A stretch of DNA of 64,000 nt from Candidatus Thorarchaeota archaeon (GTDB lineage Archaea > Asgardarchaeota > Thorarchaeia > Thorarchaeales > Thorarchaeaceae), in NCBI GenBank assembly GCA_004524445.1, contig SDNP01000010.1, positions 1-64,000 on the forward strand, written 5' to 3'. The position numbers and the translations under genes are program-made. Position 1 is the first letter of the stretch. Each line of letters starts with the position of its first letter. This document shows, in pieces, positions 10,207 to 20,772 of the stretch. The notes under the pieces are model-generated. The model saw nothing but the letters and a program-made list of their open reading frames with translations, was not told the origin of the DNA and ran no database searches.

Positions 10207-10869
10207 CTATTCTTCCTCCTTTGCCTCTAATTCAATAATTCGATTAGTGAATCGCTCGGATTGGGATCGGTTATGAGTGACAATAATCACCCCCATATTG
10301 CGTTCCTCAATGACTTTCTTAATCGACTCTTCAACAACTAGAGTTGACTCTTTGTCCAGTGCTGAAGTTGGTTCATCAAGGAGCAATGCTTTTGGTTCCA
10401 GAATGAGTGCTCTTGCTATCGCAACACGTTGCTTCTCACCGCCAGATAGATTCTGTGCAACTTCGTCAAGATATCGTTTTTTCAAGTCAACTTCCTCAAG
10501 CACACTGACAAGCTTTTCATCACTTGCCTCCTCTTCTCTGATTTTGAGACCCCACTGTAGATTTTCTCTAACTGTGCCCGGAAACATCACTGCCTCTTGT
10601 GGGACCAATATCATGCATCGTCTGAGCTCCTGTGGGTCCCATTCCTTCACATTTTTCCCCAAGAAAAGGACCTCTCCAGATTTAGGAGATTCGAGGTCAA
10701 TAGCAATTCTGAGAATCGTACTCTTCCCCGAGCCAGACGGTCCTGAGATGCCAACGGTTTCATTCTGGTCCACAGTCATGGAAAAGTCTTCCAATACTTT
10801 ACGACCTCCATAACTCATTGAAATGTCATTCATGACTAAAATCGAGTTACTATTCATGCGATTCGCCAT
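10207..10869 (-). CDS. fetA: ABC ATPase, FetA/YbbL-like
   Basis: GPSGSGKST, LSGGEKQ, LLLDEPT; abuts fetB. Confidence 0.85.
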   Translation of the reverse strand: MANRMNSNSILVMNDISMSYGGRKVLEDFSMTVDQNETVGISGPSGSGKSTILRIAIDLESPKSGEVLFLGKNVKEWDPQELRRCMILVPQEAVMFPGTVRENLQWGLKIREEEASDEKLVSVLEEVDLKKRYLDEVAQNLSGGEKQRVAIARALILEPKALLLDEPTSALDKESTLVVEESIKKVIEERNMGVIIVTHNRSQSERFTNRIIELEAKEEE

Positions 10870-10968
10870 CCTTCAAGAAAGATTCCAGAAGTCTACTATT
10901 TATTGTTGCTTGTCTCTCAGTCACCGAAAGCTTAACTAGCTGTTTCACTCATTTACAAATCGATATCG

Positions 10969-11961
10969 ATGGCTGGACTTGTTGTGAGAGAGGATAATGG
11001 GAATCTGAAGTGGTATCCCTTCTTTAAACAGGGAACAAAACACACATTCTATACTTCTAAGGAATACGGGCACCATCAAACTGGATTCAAGGTTGGAAGA
11101 GGCTTCCATTTCGACAAGTATCTTCCGGGTTATTGGCAGCCTGTACCTGCAAAGGAAGCTCATAGACGAATTGGTGGCGGATCAGACCTGGTTGTTTTAG
11201 ATGATGATGATTTGAAATACTATCGATTCGAGCGCCGCACATTTATGGTGGATGACACAGGTGACAAAGTGGGAAGGGGTTTCAGTAAGGAGTGGGACTA
11301 TTATGTCGCGGAGTGGACAAATAATGGCACATCGGACTTGCTAGTTCGGGATGATGATGGTCATCTCAGGCTTTTTCCTTGGAATGGAGAGGAGTTCAAA
11401 GACCTTGGCGGCGATGAAAAAGTGGGCGATGGATTTCATCAAGACAAGTATCCACACATATTCCCGGGCTACTGGCGTGGCAAGACCCATCCCGATCTAC
11501 TCGTCAGAGAAGAGAATGGTGATTTGTGGCTGTATGCATTTGATGGGAAGACATTCAAAGACCAAGGTAAGCCGAAGAAATTAGGCAGGGGTTTTGATGA
11601 TAGGTTTTCACACTATTTCGTTGACAATTGGATATCTAATGGCACTCCTGATATCATCGTACGAAATGATGATGATGACCTGATACTCTATCCATACGGA
11701 CTATTTGATGAGGATAAAGATTACCATGTATTTGCTGACCCGCCCTACAAGAGGGTTGGAAGAGGCTTCAAGCAGGACTGGAAGTATGTAGTTGGCCATT
11801 GGGAAAAGCCCTCTACACCGTCTCTCTTGGTTTGTGATGATAATAATAAAATGAGATTCTATCCTTTTGGACAGAATGGTTTCATAGACTTGGAAAACGA
11901 TGAAAAGTATGTTGGAGAGGGGTGGGATTTCACACATTTCTGGGACTTCTACCCGCTCTAG
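10969..11961 (+). CDS. Six-repeat beta-propeller-like protein (FG-GAP/VCBS-like)
   Basis: Six ~53-aa units DLLVR..DG.L..Y.F...KVG.GF. Confidence 0.7.
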   Translation: MAGLVVREDNGNLKWYPFFKQGTKHTFYTSKEYGHHQTGFKVGRGFHFDKYLPGYWQPVPAKEAHRRIGGGSDLVVLDDDDLKYYRFERRTFMVDDTGDKVGRGFSKEWDYYVAEWTNNGTSDLLVRDDDGHLRLFPWNGEEFKDLGGDEKVGDGFHQDKYPHIFPGYWRGKTHPDLLVREENGDLWLYAFDGKTFKDQGKPKKLGRGFDDRFSHYFVDNWISNGTPDIIVRNDDDDLILYPYGLFDEDKDYHVFADPPYKRVGRGFKQDWKYVVGHWEKPSTPSLLVCDDNNKMRFYPFGQNGFIDLENDEKYVGEGWDFTHFWDFYPL

Positions 11962-12114
11962 AATAACAATGGACCATAGAAGACCGAATAACCAAATCAT
12001 AGATGCGGCATCTGCAATTTGTAGATAGTAATAGTATTAAGTACCGATTCTCAGGCGACTTGATTAGTGGTGGGCAACTTGAGCACAACTGAAATCGATC
12101 CCAAAGAAGAAAAG

Positions 12115-12855
12115 ATGACACTTCTTCCCACGAACTCACAAACCAAGATACTCGCGGTGGGGGTCATGTTGGCCGCAGTCTATGCGGTGGGAAATTTGAT
12201 AGCGATTAGCGGTTTCATAGGAGCTTCTGGTGTGGTTGCATCAATCAGTCTTGCAATTGTTATAGCACCGCTTTTTGGAATACTCCTTGGACCATTTAGA
12301 GGTGCAAGCTTCGGATTGATAGCAGGATTTCTGGGCGCATACATATCTACATTCGTTGCAGGAGTGAGTTTAGTTGTTCCCACAGTAATTTTTGGACCAG
12401 CTGTGTCTGGTTTTTTGACCGGACTCTGTACAAGACGTAAGAAATCCCTCCTTCCCGGTCCCCTTTTGACGGCAATCTATCTTAGTTTGATTATAGCGCT
12501 GTATCTCATTCCTAACGCAAGTGCTTGGTGGTTCATTTTGCCCTATGCACTAGCGGTGGTCGTTTCTCTAGTACTGCAGTTGACGGACATTCGATTCAAT
12601 CCTAACAAGCAGGGACTGATGAAGTATGCGCAGCTCATTCCATTGACCTACATTGGAACAATGACTGACTTTTCATTGATGACCGTGGGAGCTGTGTATA
12701 TTCTGAATATCCCTGCAATCGTCTTTGGAACCATAATATTTCCCGCAATGATACTAGAACGAACCATATCGACAATCGGAAGTGCTGTGGTTGCGTCTTT
12801 AGTACTCATCGCATTTCAAGACCTATGGTCTGATTCAGATAGTGGAGTGCAATAG
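12115..12855 (+). CDS. Membrane protein, ECF transporter S-component-like
   Basis: APLFGILLGPFRG motif and multiple TM helices; ATG at 12115 preferred over GTG at 12067. Confidence 0.6.
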   Translation: MTLLPTNSQTKILAVGVMLAAVYAVGNLIAISGFIGASGVVASISLAIVIAPLFGILLGPFRGASFGLIAGFLGAYISTFVAGVSLVVPTVIFGPAVSGFLTGLCTRRKKSLLPGPLLTAIYLSLIIALYLIPNASAWWFILPYALAVVVSLVLQLTDIRFNPNKQGLMKYAQLIPLTYIGTMTDFSLMTVGAVYILNIPAIVFGTIIFPAMILERTISTIGSAVVASLVLIAFQDLWSDSDSGVQ

Positions 12856-13455
12856 AGCATCTAACACCAATTCTATTGCGCGGACTTGCATCTCCAAGGC
12901 CATTGTCGCCAAAGAATAGTTGTTCTTCTCAATAGCTTGCTGCGGTAAGGGTGGTACATGAATAAAAGTAGCCATAGCATCTATCTCGCCTTTCGTTATC
13001 CAACTCATAACATTGAAGAAAAGCCAATTGCATCCATATGTGCCTGCGTGATAACTGATAGTGGCAGGTATGTCGTTTTCACGTAGAATATCGACCAGAG
13101 GGTGTGGGTCTATGTTAGAAAAATATGCAGCATCGAGCCTTTTGTCTATGATATCTGAACCGGGCTTATTTCCATAATTATCCTCGCGATCAGTGTTTAG
13201 GACATTTATTCCCATGCGTTCTATTGTTATGGAAGGTCTATTTGATTGACCTAGACTAAGAATAAAATCCGGTTCGTGTTCATCAAGTAGGATGCGAAAC
13301 TTCTCTAGAGCGCTGTTATAGTCCAGTGGAAGAACTATTGAGATGACTTTGGCGTCAGGGATAGATTTGCCCTTGAAAGCCTTAATTATCTCTGCGGACG
13401 GATTCACTGAATAGCCATCGAAAGGCTCGAAACCGGATATCAATATAGTCTTCAT
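12835..13455 (-). CDS. pcp: Pyroglutamyl-peptidase I
   Basis: GFEPF, NPS, AGTYGCN, FIHVP. Confidence 0.93.
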   Translation of the reverse strand: MKTILISGFEPFDGYSVNPSAEIIKAFKGKSIPDAKVISIVLPLDYNSALEKFRILLDEHEPDFILSLGQSNRPSITIERMGINVLNTDREDNYGNKPGSDIIDKRLDAAYFSNIDPHPLVDILRENDIPATISYHAGTYGCNWLFFNVMSWITKGEIDAMATFIHVPPLPQQAIEKNNYSLATMALEMQVRAIELVLDALLHSTI

Positions 13456-13501
13456 GTTCTAGCCCCCTACGTTTCTATGAGTCATAAAGACTTGGTTCAT
13501 C

Positions 13502-14161
13502 TCACAAGATTATAGATATAATAAACCAGATTCCGAGCGCGACTTGGAAAACACCGATTATCACATTGACCCAGTTGATTCCTCCAGCAATAGCACGTTT
13601 GCTCGCTTCTGAACTGCCAACGGTGAGAAAAGCACCAAAAAGGAAATCTGTAGATATGTGTGTGATGTAAATTAAAACTGCGGCAATTAAGACCGTTCCC
13701 AATCCAACCTGCAACTCAGAAATCAACAAAGTAACATTCGCAAGGCCAATTGCAAACCACCAGAGGAGAAAATAGGGTGAAAAGATACTCACCGTGGCAC
13801 CTTGTGCTGTGGCTCCGAGCATTGTTGCAGCGTTTGTGTCATTTTCATCCATTCCGGATTCTTGGGGTGCACTGTACCGATAGTCTCGCAGGGCCAACAA
13901 GCCAAACAAAATGACAATGAACCCGCCAAATCCAACCATGATATTAATGGCGAAATCACTGAGAGTGAGCGATTGAACACTTAATACAATCGCAGAAACA
14001 ATGCTCAATTCTACGATTGCATGTCCTAACATTGGAAGCATGCCATGTAGTTTTCCTCGTCTACTGGCTTGCATTACCACCGCTGCCGATAGTGGTCCAG
14101 GTGCTAATGCCCCGGTCAGCGACAAGAGAAACCACGCAACAAGGATCTGAAGGACATCCAT
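13502..14161 (-). CDS. LysE family translocator
   Basis: GALAPGP, GHAIVE, PYFLLWW. Confidence 0.85.
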   Translation of the reverse strand: MDVLQILVAWFLLSLTGALAPGPLSAAVVMQASRRGKLHGMLPMLGHAIVELSIVSAIVLSVQSLTLSDFAINIMVGFGGFIVILFGLLALRDYRYSAPQESGMDENDTNAATMLGATAQGATVSIFSPYFLLWWFAIGLANVTLLISELQVGLGTVLIAAVLIYITHISTDFLFGAFLTVGSSEASKRAIAGGINWVNVIIGVFQVALGIWFIISIIL

Positions 14162-14304
14162 TTTGAGCTACCCATCAGCTATCATCCAATAATACGCTCC
14201 AAAAAGGTTAGCGATACTGACAATTGAGAATATGATTTAAATTTGTAATACAATCAGCTACAAAGCACTATCAAGAAACCCTTAATAGCATTGTAAAAAC
14301 TCCC

Positions 14305-15468
14305 ATGACGGAACTGTGGAGCGACAAACAAGTGAAACAGGTACAGATAGTGATTCCGTTCGATAAAACCGAATCCGTATATGAATTTCTTCATGATGTG
14401 TTAGAAGTTAAGAACATTATGAAATTCAATGCAGATAATGCGCATGTACTGCAAGTCAGGGTTTCAGATAGCAAAATCATGAAGACCATTGAAGGTCTTA
14501 AGAGCAGGGGCGTGGGTGTTGAATACGGATACGTTGATGTACTTGATTTGAGTGCATCATTACCTAGGGAAACAACAGAGGCAGACACTATCGAAAGAGC
14601 AGCTTCGATAGCTGTCGAAGGCATCCATGAAAATGTTACAAAACAGGCCTCGTTTAGTTTTGATTTCATGGCACTAGTCATCGTTGCTGCTGTTGTTTCT
14701 GGTGCAGGGCTTATTCAGAACAATGTGGCGTATATCGTCGCCTCCATGGTACTTTCTCCAATGATGGGTCCCATGATGGGCGTCGCCTTGGGATATATTC
14801 TTCGTGACAAAAAGCTGTTCCTCAAGGGGACCAGAAACGAATTGATCGCGCTAGCTCTCTCATTTGGTGTTGGTGCCATCCTAGCGATTTTGCTGCCAAT
14901 TCCTTTCATTAACCCGTATGCACCCGCGCCTTTTGTTGATGTTGTCATAGGCAATTGGGAAGCTGGGATTCTTACTGAAATAACTCGTCGGGGATACATC
15001 TTTACAGCACTTGATGTAGCTGTCGCTATCTTCTCGGGAGCCGCAGTGGCCGTGTCGATAACTAAGGGAGACATGTCCACCCTTGTTGGAGTGGCGATAT
15101 CTGCCGCGCTTATGCCACCAGCTGTCAATGTTGGTCTGATGCTTACTTTGGGACTCGTAACTGGTTCCTCAACAGCCACGACCATTGGATTTTGGTCGCT
15201 AGTGTTGCTCGTCATGAACATCATCTTGATTGATGTTGCAGCAGCAGCGATGTTCCGCATAAAGAAGCTTGGAGGCATGGTAGAAAAATCCGCCGAGTGG
15301 AAAGCAGTTACTACTTACAGAAAGTCTACTGGTAATACCCTATATCATTCAGCCCAATCAACCTCTTCAGAGGAACAGGAGGAGAAGAGAGAAGCTGCAA
15401 TGTTCAAGCCTGTTGAAACTAGTCAAGCATCAAGTGACGAGGAAAAAAGCAAGCGGGGTTCATCGTGA
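14305..15468 (+). CDS. TIGR00341/DUF389 membrane protein
   Basis: SMVLSPMMGP, LVGVAISAALMPPA. Confidence 0.85.
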   Translation: MTELWSDKQVKQVQIVIPFDKTESVYEFLHDVLEVKNIMKFNADNAHVLQVRVSDSKIMKTIEGLKSRGVGVEYGYVDVLDLSASLPRETTEADTIERAASIAVEGIHENVTKQASFSFDFMALVIVAAVVSGAGLIQNNVAYIVASMVLSPMMGPMMGVALGYILRDKKLFLKGTRNELIALALSFGVGAILAILLPIPFINPYAPAPFVDVVIGNWEAGILTEITRRGYIFTALDVAVAIFSGAAVAVSITKGDMSTLVGVAISAALMPPAVNVGLMLTLGLVTGSSTATTIGFWSLVLLVMNIILIDVAAAAMFRIKKLGGMVEKSAEWKAVTTYRKSTGNTLYHSAQSTSSEEQEEKREAAMFKPVETSQASSDEEKSKRGSS

Positions 15469-15703
15469 TTGATTTCCTTTTGGAAGGCGATTCTTCCATT
15501 GAAACTAGGTTGAATGTAAGGGCATCATGCATTTGTTAACTGATTCTATACTCAATATGAGAAGCCCGATAAGAATGGGGCTATAGCTAAGAGAGTAAGA
15601 AACAGCCGAAACTCATTATATCTTGAATTGAGAAATCACAAACAGTGAATATTACTAGGTTCTATTAGTATTCTAAGAATGGTTAACCTAGTAACTCCTT
15701 CAG

Positions 15704-16060
15704 ATGATTAAGATGACCATAAAGGGCGACAAAAACAAGCTTTTCAAGGGATTAACGGAACATGATGTCCTGACATGGGAGGAGGAGAAAATGCGCTATC
15801 AGCGCAAGGTAGGAAGTAAAGTGACGGATCTAGAATTTCTCCGTCATCTCCTTATGGTAGCTTCAAGGCCTGTCATTTCCTCTAAAGAAGGTGTTAAGTC
15901 AGGATTCATAACCGGACAAGGACCGATATACGAGAAAGGAGATACTCTTCTAGCCCAGTACCGAAACAAGCGCGCTGCAGACTACTCATTTGGTTTCGAT
16001 AATATAAGCGAAGCAGAAACACTGACGCAGAAAAAGAAAGAAAATGACTTGACTTCTTGA
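15704..16060 (+). CDS. Hypothetical protein, possibly DNA-binding
   Basis: 118-aa ORF filling the gap, basic helical N-terminal half. Confidence 0.6.
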   Translation: MIKMTIKGDKNKLFKGLTEHDVLTWEEEKMRYQRKVGSKVTDLEFLRHLLMVASRPVISSKEGVKSGFITGQGPIYEKGDTLLAQYRNKRAADYSFGFDNISEAETLTQKKKENDLTS

Positions 16061-16295
16061 CTGCACCACCCTCAAAGCTTTTATACCAATCAGTCCATAG
16101 TACTAGTGTAACTAATGGTCCATAGTTGGAAGGAAAAATACGACCAAAATGTGGACTAACAAGATGATAGAATCCATCGAGAGAAAGGCAATCCTGAAAC
16201 AGCTAAAGAATATTTCCTATGCTTGATGGATAAACTTCGAGCTGAATAGACGGATGATGTCTGATATATAGATGACATACTGGGTGATTTAGAAA

Positions 16296-16973
16296 ATGGG
16301 TAGAGCTGATCGAGACGATTTGGATAAGGTCTTCAAAGCGCTTGGTCATATCACGAGGAGGAGAATTTTGAGACTTCTTGCACAAAACGCAAGATATCCC
16401 TATGAGCTTAGCAAACTCTTAGGAATGCGATCAAGAGTAATAACAAAACATCTAGAATCTCTAAGAGAAGCGGGCATAGTTATCAAGGAGCCTGGAGAAA
16501 GTCAAGTGGGACCCGATAGAACCTATTACAGACTCAATGTTGCATTTGGCTTATCTACGACCATTCTTCCTAATTCCTTTGTTGTCAGATTTCACCCAAC
16601 CAGCGTTCCGGAGGAAGAAAAAACAGCATTACCCGCATCAACAAGAGATATCCGAGTAATCCAAGCTCTGCTAAACCAACTAAAAGATGTCAATGAGAAA
16701 CTCAAGGAAGTCGACAATGAAAGAATCAAATTGGCTGAACGCAGAGGACAAATTATTAGAAACATTGAGAGATTCATGGATAACTGCGAATGGGATTCTC
16801 AACTCTGCCAAAGAATACGTTCGCTAATCAATCCAGTCAAAGCTCGAGAGCCTTCAGAGGATAATGAAACGAAATCAAGGGACCCCTTCAAGGAGGCAAT
16901 CAAATTGTTCGAGGATATTTTGGATTCTAATGAGGATAACGCAGACGGAGAAGTTGAACTAGAAGCTGATTAA
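16296..16973 (+). CDS. ArsR-family HTH regulator with coiled coil
   Basis: FKALGHITRRRILRLL, YPYELSK, KHLESLREAGIV, RTYYRL. Confidence 0.88.
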   Translation: MGRADRDDLDKVFKALGHITRRRILRLLAQNARYPYELSKLLGMRSRVITKHLESLREAGIVIKEPGESQVGPDRTYYRLNVAFGLSTTILPNSFVVRFHPTSVPEEEKTALPASTRDIRVIQALLNQLKDVNEKLKEVDNERIKLAERRGQIIRNIERFMDNCEWDSQLCQRIRSLINPVKAREPSEDNETKSRDPFKEAIKLFEDILDSNEDNADGEVELEAD

Positions 16974-16984
16974 GCGCATTGCTG

Positions 16985-18571
16985 CTATTTTGTCCTTTCC
17001 AATGAATCAAGGAATGTTTCAAAATAGGGGCATAGTCCGGCCATCCAATAGAGATTACCATTGCATTCTTTGCGGAGGGATTGTCTATCAGCTCTGCATT
17101 CGAATGTTTTTTCTCGGTCGTATAAAATGCAAAGATCGCTTTGAATGTTTGAGTCGTGCATGATGCGTCTTCGCACCTTCCGCATGGGTTCAGCATCACC
17201 GGCCTTCAGCCATGTTTCTTTCAGACCTAAGATATCTCTAATTCTGTGTAACATCCTCGCATTTCCGGTTTTACCGCTTTCCCAAGCAGATACAATCTCG
17301 CTAACTAGCCCGTTGAATTCAACTATGGGGTACTCAAAATCCCTGGCAAATTCTTGTGCGCGTTTATACTCAGAGATGCTCTTGTCATACTCCTGATTTA
17401 TAAAATATGCATCACCGGCCAAAAAGATTACAAGTTTCGTGATGTCTTTCATGCCTGATGTTTCAGTTAATTCCAGAGATTCTTCATACAACCGTATTGC
17501 CTCGTCATGTCTTCCGGAACGCACTGCAATATCCCCTAGGTTGATCTTCGAGATAGCAATACCACGCATATACTCTGCTTCCTGGCTTATTTCTAATGCG
17601 CGCTGATTGTATGTTTCCGTCTGCTCTAGCTGTCCCAAGTCTCTATCTATTTCTCCCACATTAATTAGAGTGCGTGCTAGTCCTATCTGGTTGTTGAGAC
17701 GTTGCTGAATAAGAAGGAGCTCTTCAAACTGGTCTCGCGCATCCTGTAATTGCCCTTTTTGAAGCAAAATTATTCCCTTCAGGTTTCCGGCGTCGGAAAC
17801 CCCCTGAAGATAGCCTGTTCGTTGGTATTCGGAAAGTGCAGCGTCTACGAGGTTCATTGCACGGTTATATTCATGGGATTCTTCTAGAATGCGGGCACGT
17901 ACATATTTGATAGTCGTTAGACATAGCCTATGGTCGAGAAGATGAGCTGTGTCTTCAGCTGAATCAAGTCGCAGTATTGCCTCTTCTCTTGCGCCAGCTT
18001 GCATGGCAATCTGTGCCATCACAATTCGTGCCCTCAATAGGGCAGCTTGAACCTGATTACGTATATCTTCATTCTTTGAAGTGGCTTTTGTTACTTTGTC
18101 AATGCTCTCTGATGCAGCCTCTTTGGCATAATCAGCATATCCTAACTCGATGAGTACATCCGCTAGCTCTCCTGATAATTCAGCGAAAGCGACGTAGTCC
18201 TTAGACTGCCATGCTTGGTTCACATAGTTCCTCAAATTGTTAACCCAGCGGGGATCCAAGCTCTGTCTGCAGTACGCAGCAGCAGCATAGCCATTGCATA
18301 TCACAGAGTCTGTTTCCTTGGCAATGACTTGATTATACCCATATAGACCTCTAAGAAAAGCAGCCTTTGAGCACATCGAGAGGAATCCCTGGCTTCTATT
18401 CCTGAATTCACCAGTTCCAATGTACTCGGTAACGACATCTGTGAAACTCATGAAGCGATCTTTGCCGGTTCTTGTGACCATCGAGAGTCGCTTTCTCAAT
18501 TCATCAATCTCAGAATCTTCTAGACGTTCCTCATACATAGCAAATTCTGGTATAATCGGGCTAGCTTGCAA
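16985..18571 (-). CDS. Tetratricopeptide-repeat protein with Cys-rich C-terminus
   Basis: Several ~40-aa TPR units (A..L.N.G.I....G...A...Y..AL). Confidence 0.85.
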   Translation of the reverse strand: MQASPIIPEFAMYEERLEDSEIDELRKRLSMVTRTGKDRFMSFTDVVTEYIGTGEFRNRSQGFLSMCSKAAFLRGLYGYNQVIAKETDSVICNGYAAAAYCRQSLDPRWVNNLRNYVNQAWQSKDYVAFAELSGELADVLIELGYADYAKEAASESIDKVTKATSKNEDIRNQVQAALLRARIVMAQIAMQAGAREEAILRLDSAEDTAHLLDHRLCLTTIKYVRARILEESHEYNRAMNLVDAALSEYQRTGYLQGVSDAGNLKGIILLQKGQLQDARDQFEELLLIQQRLNNQIGLARTLINVGEIDRDLGQLEQTETYNQRALEISQEAEYMRGIAISKINLGDIAVRSGRHDEAIRLYEESLELTETSGMKDITKLVIFLAGDAYFINQEYDKSISEYKRAQEFARDFEYPIVEFNGLVSEIVSAWESGKTGNARMLHRIRDILGLKETWLKAGDAEPMRKVRRRIMHDSNIQSDLCILYDREKTFECRADRQSLRKECNGNLYWMAGLCPYFETFLDSLERTK

Positions 18572-18691
18572 GGTCTTCGCTCACTGCTGTTTTCTGGAAT
18601 ACTATCTAAGTGTATTTCGCTGATGTACCTTGTTGGGTTTCAAAAAGCTTCTAGTGCATCTCTCCGCACATTAAGAAATGAAATTCTGGAA

Positions 18692-19066
18692 CTACAGGAT
18701 TGGTTTAACCTTCTTTATGGTTTCCCTGATATCAAATATGCTAAATGGTTTCTCTAGATATGCTCGGGCACCAGCCGAAAGCACCTTGGTGCCAAGATTG
18801 TCCGCGGCTTCTGCGACAACAATGACTGATATTTTTGAATCAAGGTCCAGTATCTGCTCGATCAGACGAAGACAATGGGTCTCCGGGATATGCAAATCAA
18901 TGATGATAACCTGTGGTTTAGCATCAAAACACATCATTAGGAGGTCTTCTTGATTAGCTGCAATGGAAATATCATCATAACCCGAGTCTTGAATCGCCAT
19001 TTTCAAGAGAGAAGCAAGCATAGGAACATCCCCAGCGATTATAATATTCATTAGCAACGCCAACAA
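18692..19066 (-). CDS. Stand-alone receiver domain (degenerate)
   Basis: IIDLHIP, GA.AYLEKPF; acidic pocket reads AGD. Confidence 0.75.
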   Translation of the reverse strand: MLALLMNIIIAGDVPMLASLLKMAIQDSGYDDISIAANQEDLLMMCFDAKPQVIIIDLHIPETHCLRLIEQILDLDSKISVIVVAEAADNLGTKVLSAGARAYLEKPFSIFDIRETIKKVKPIL

Positions 19067-19098
19067 GAATCATTCATTCTAAGAGTTTTAAAAAATCA

Positions 19099-19473
19099 TT
19101 AATCAGTGGCGGCGCTTTCCACGAGATCCAGCATATGCCTAATGGTTACAGGTTTTAGTCCGAAACTCACAGCGCCATACTTCATGGCTTGATCACGCAC
19201 ATTTGCATCTGCACTAATGAATACAATCCTGGCATCAGGCTCGATTTCAAGAATCTCGCTCATCGCCTTCAAACCATCCTTGTTCGGCATCCTGTGGTCC
19301 ATGATTAAAATCTCTGGTCTTGGGTCCATTTTGCGGTAGGTTTCCACAGCCTCCTCTCCATCATACGCATCCGCAACTACCTCATGACCTTTGATGGCAA
19401 ACACATCTTTGTAGAGTCGATGCAGGATAGCCTCGTCATCTATGATGAAGATACTGACCATATTCTTTACCAA
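19099..19473 (-). CDS. Stand-alone CheY-like response regulator
   Basis: IIDDE, MDHRMPNKDG, ISA, KP. Confidence 0.9.
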   Translation of the reverse strand: MVKNMVSIFIIDDEAILHRLYKDVFAIKGHEVVADAYDGEEAVETYRKMDPRPEILIMDHRMPNKDGLKAMSEILEIEPDARIVFISADANVRDQAMKYGAVSFGLKPVTIRHMLDLVESAATD

Positions 19474-20772
19474 CCTTTACCCGGAATCAGGTGTATTAAC
19501 GCATGCAACAACTAGGAGGTCCCCATAGATTGTTACTTAGCAACTATTTCTGATGATTAAAGTGATTCTTATGTTATCAGAAATAACCAAGAGTCCTATA
19601 AAAATGAATACTTGATGCATGCAAGCAAAATGATGTCAGTCTTTTCTCTCTTGCTAGCGTTAGTTCTGCCAATTGGATGGGGCCACAAAGGTCTAGGGTA
19701 ATGTCTTCAACTAGAGAGTCTTTTTATTTGGATAAGTCTCTTCCAATTGAATCAATGCTCATACCTATCCTGAGCGCAGGTATTCCCATTGATCGAACTT
19801 GGCTCTAGAATTCTAAAATCATAAAGTGGCTTCAACTTTACCAGATTCTCCTTCAATCTAGTTTATATAGCCTATCTATCATTCATCCTCGATTTTTAGA
19901 TAACTTTTTCTATTTTTCGCAATTATCAATCTAGTGAGCTATCTCCACAATAAATGCAATATTTAGTTGTTCATTACATAATATTTCCCCTATTATCTTA
20001 TGATAGTATATAATCATCGGCAACCATCTGTTCGGTTGTTTATTATGACCAATATTTGATATTATCGACTCGATATAATTCGTATACAAAACACTTGTTC
20101 ATATGCAAAAACGAGATTACTGAGCTGAAAAAGCCGTATTCGACTATCGAATACGGATGATACTCAAATCAACCACACCCCCCATTTTTCATACTCATTT
20201 AGTGTGTATTGGTACCCTTTGTCGAGGATAATCAGGGGTATTTAGATCAAAAAATGTCGGGCAGGGGTTATGATACGAAAAGTGAGTATGCGGTCACAAT
20301 TAGATGTGATGTGCGTGTAGGATTAAGATGTCCCATTTTTCCTTTGAGATGGTCAAGTCGCATTTGTAGCAAAAATATAACACAGTTATTTTAGATTATA
20401 GTCATCGATAGTATATGCCGTCATATGGTACATAAAGTACAAGAGATAGGCATTATTTTCGACTATTACATTTACCTAATCTATATAATATATGTTTTAT
20501 GTAATGTGGAAATTGAGGGATAGAATAAAATAATATATACAAAATAAAATATAATAAATGACGGCTTAATGCGGTTTTCTAGTATCAGAATTCATATACG
20601 AAGAGGAGAGAATGAACTTGTTGAGAAGTTTGGAACAGAATTTAGTGAGTCCATGAAGAGGGTTTCAGCACTATGTAAGGGTCCTTGATATTACTAGTTA
20701 TCTCCGAGGGCCAAATAGCTTGGAATCGTATGTTTCTGAAATGAAGCACAGGATTTTTAGTCGTAGTAACCT

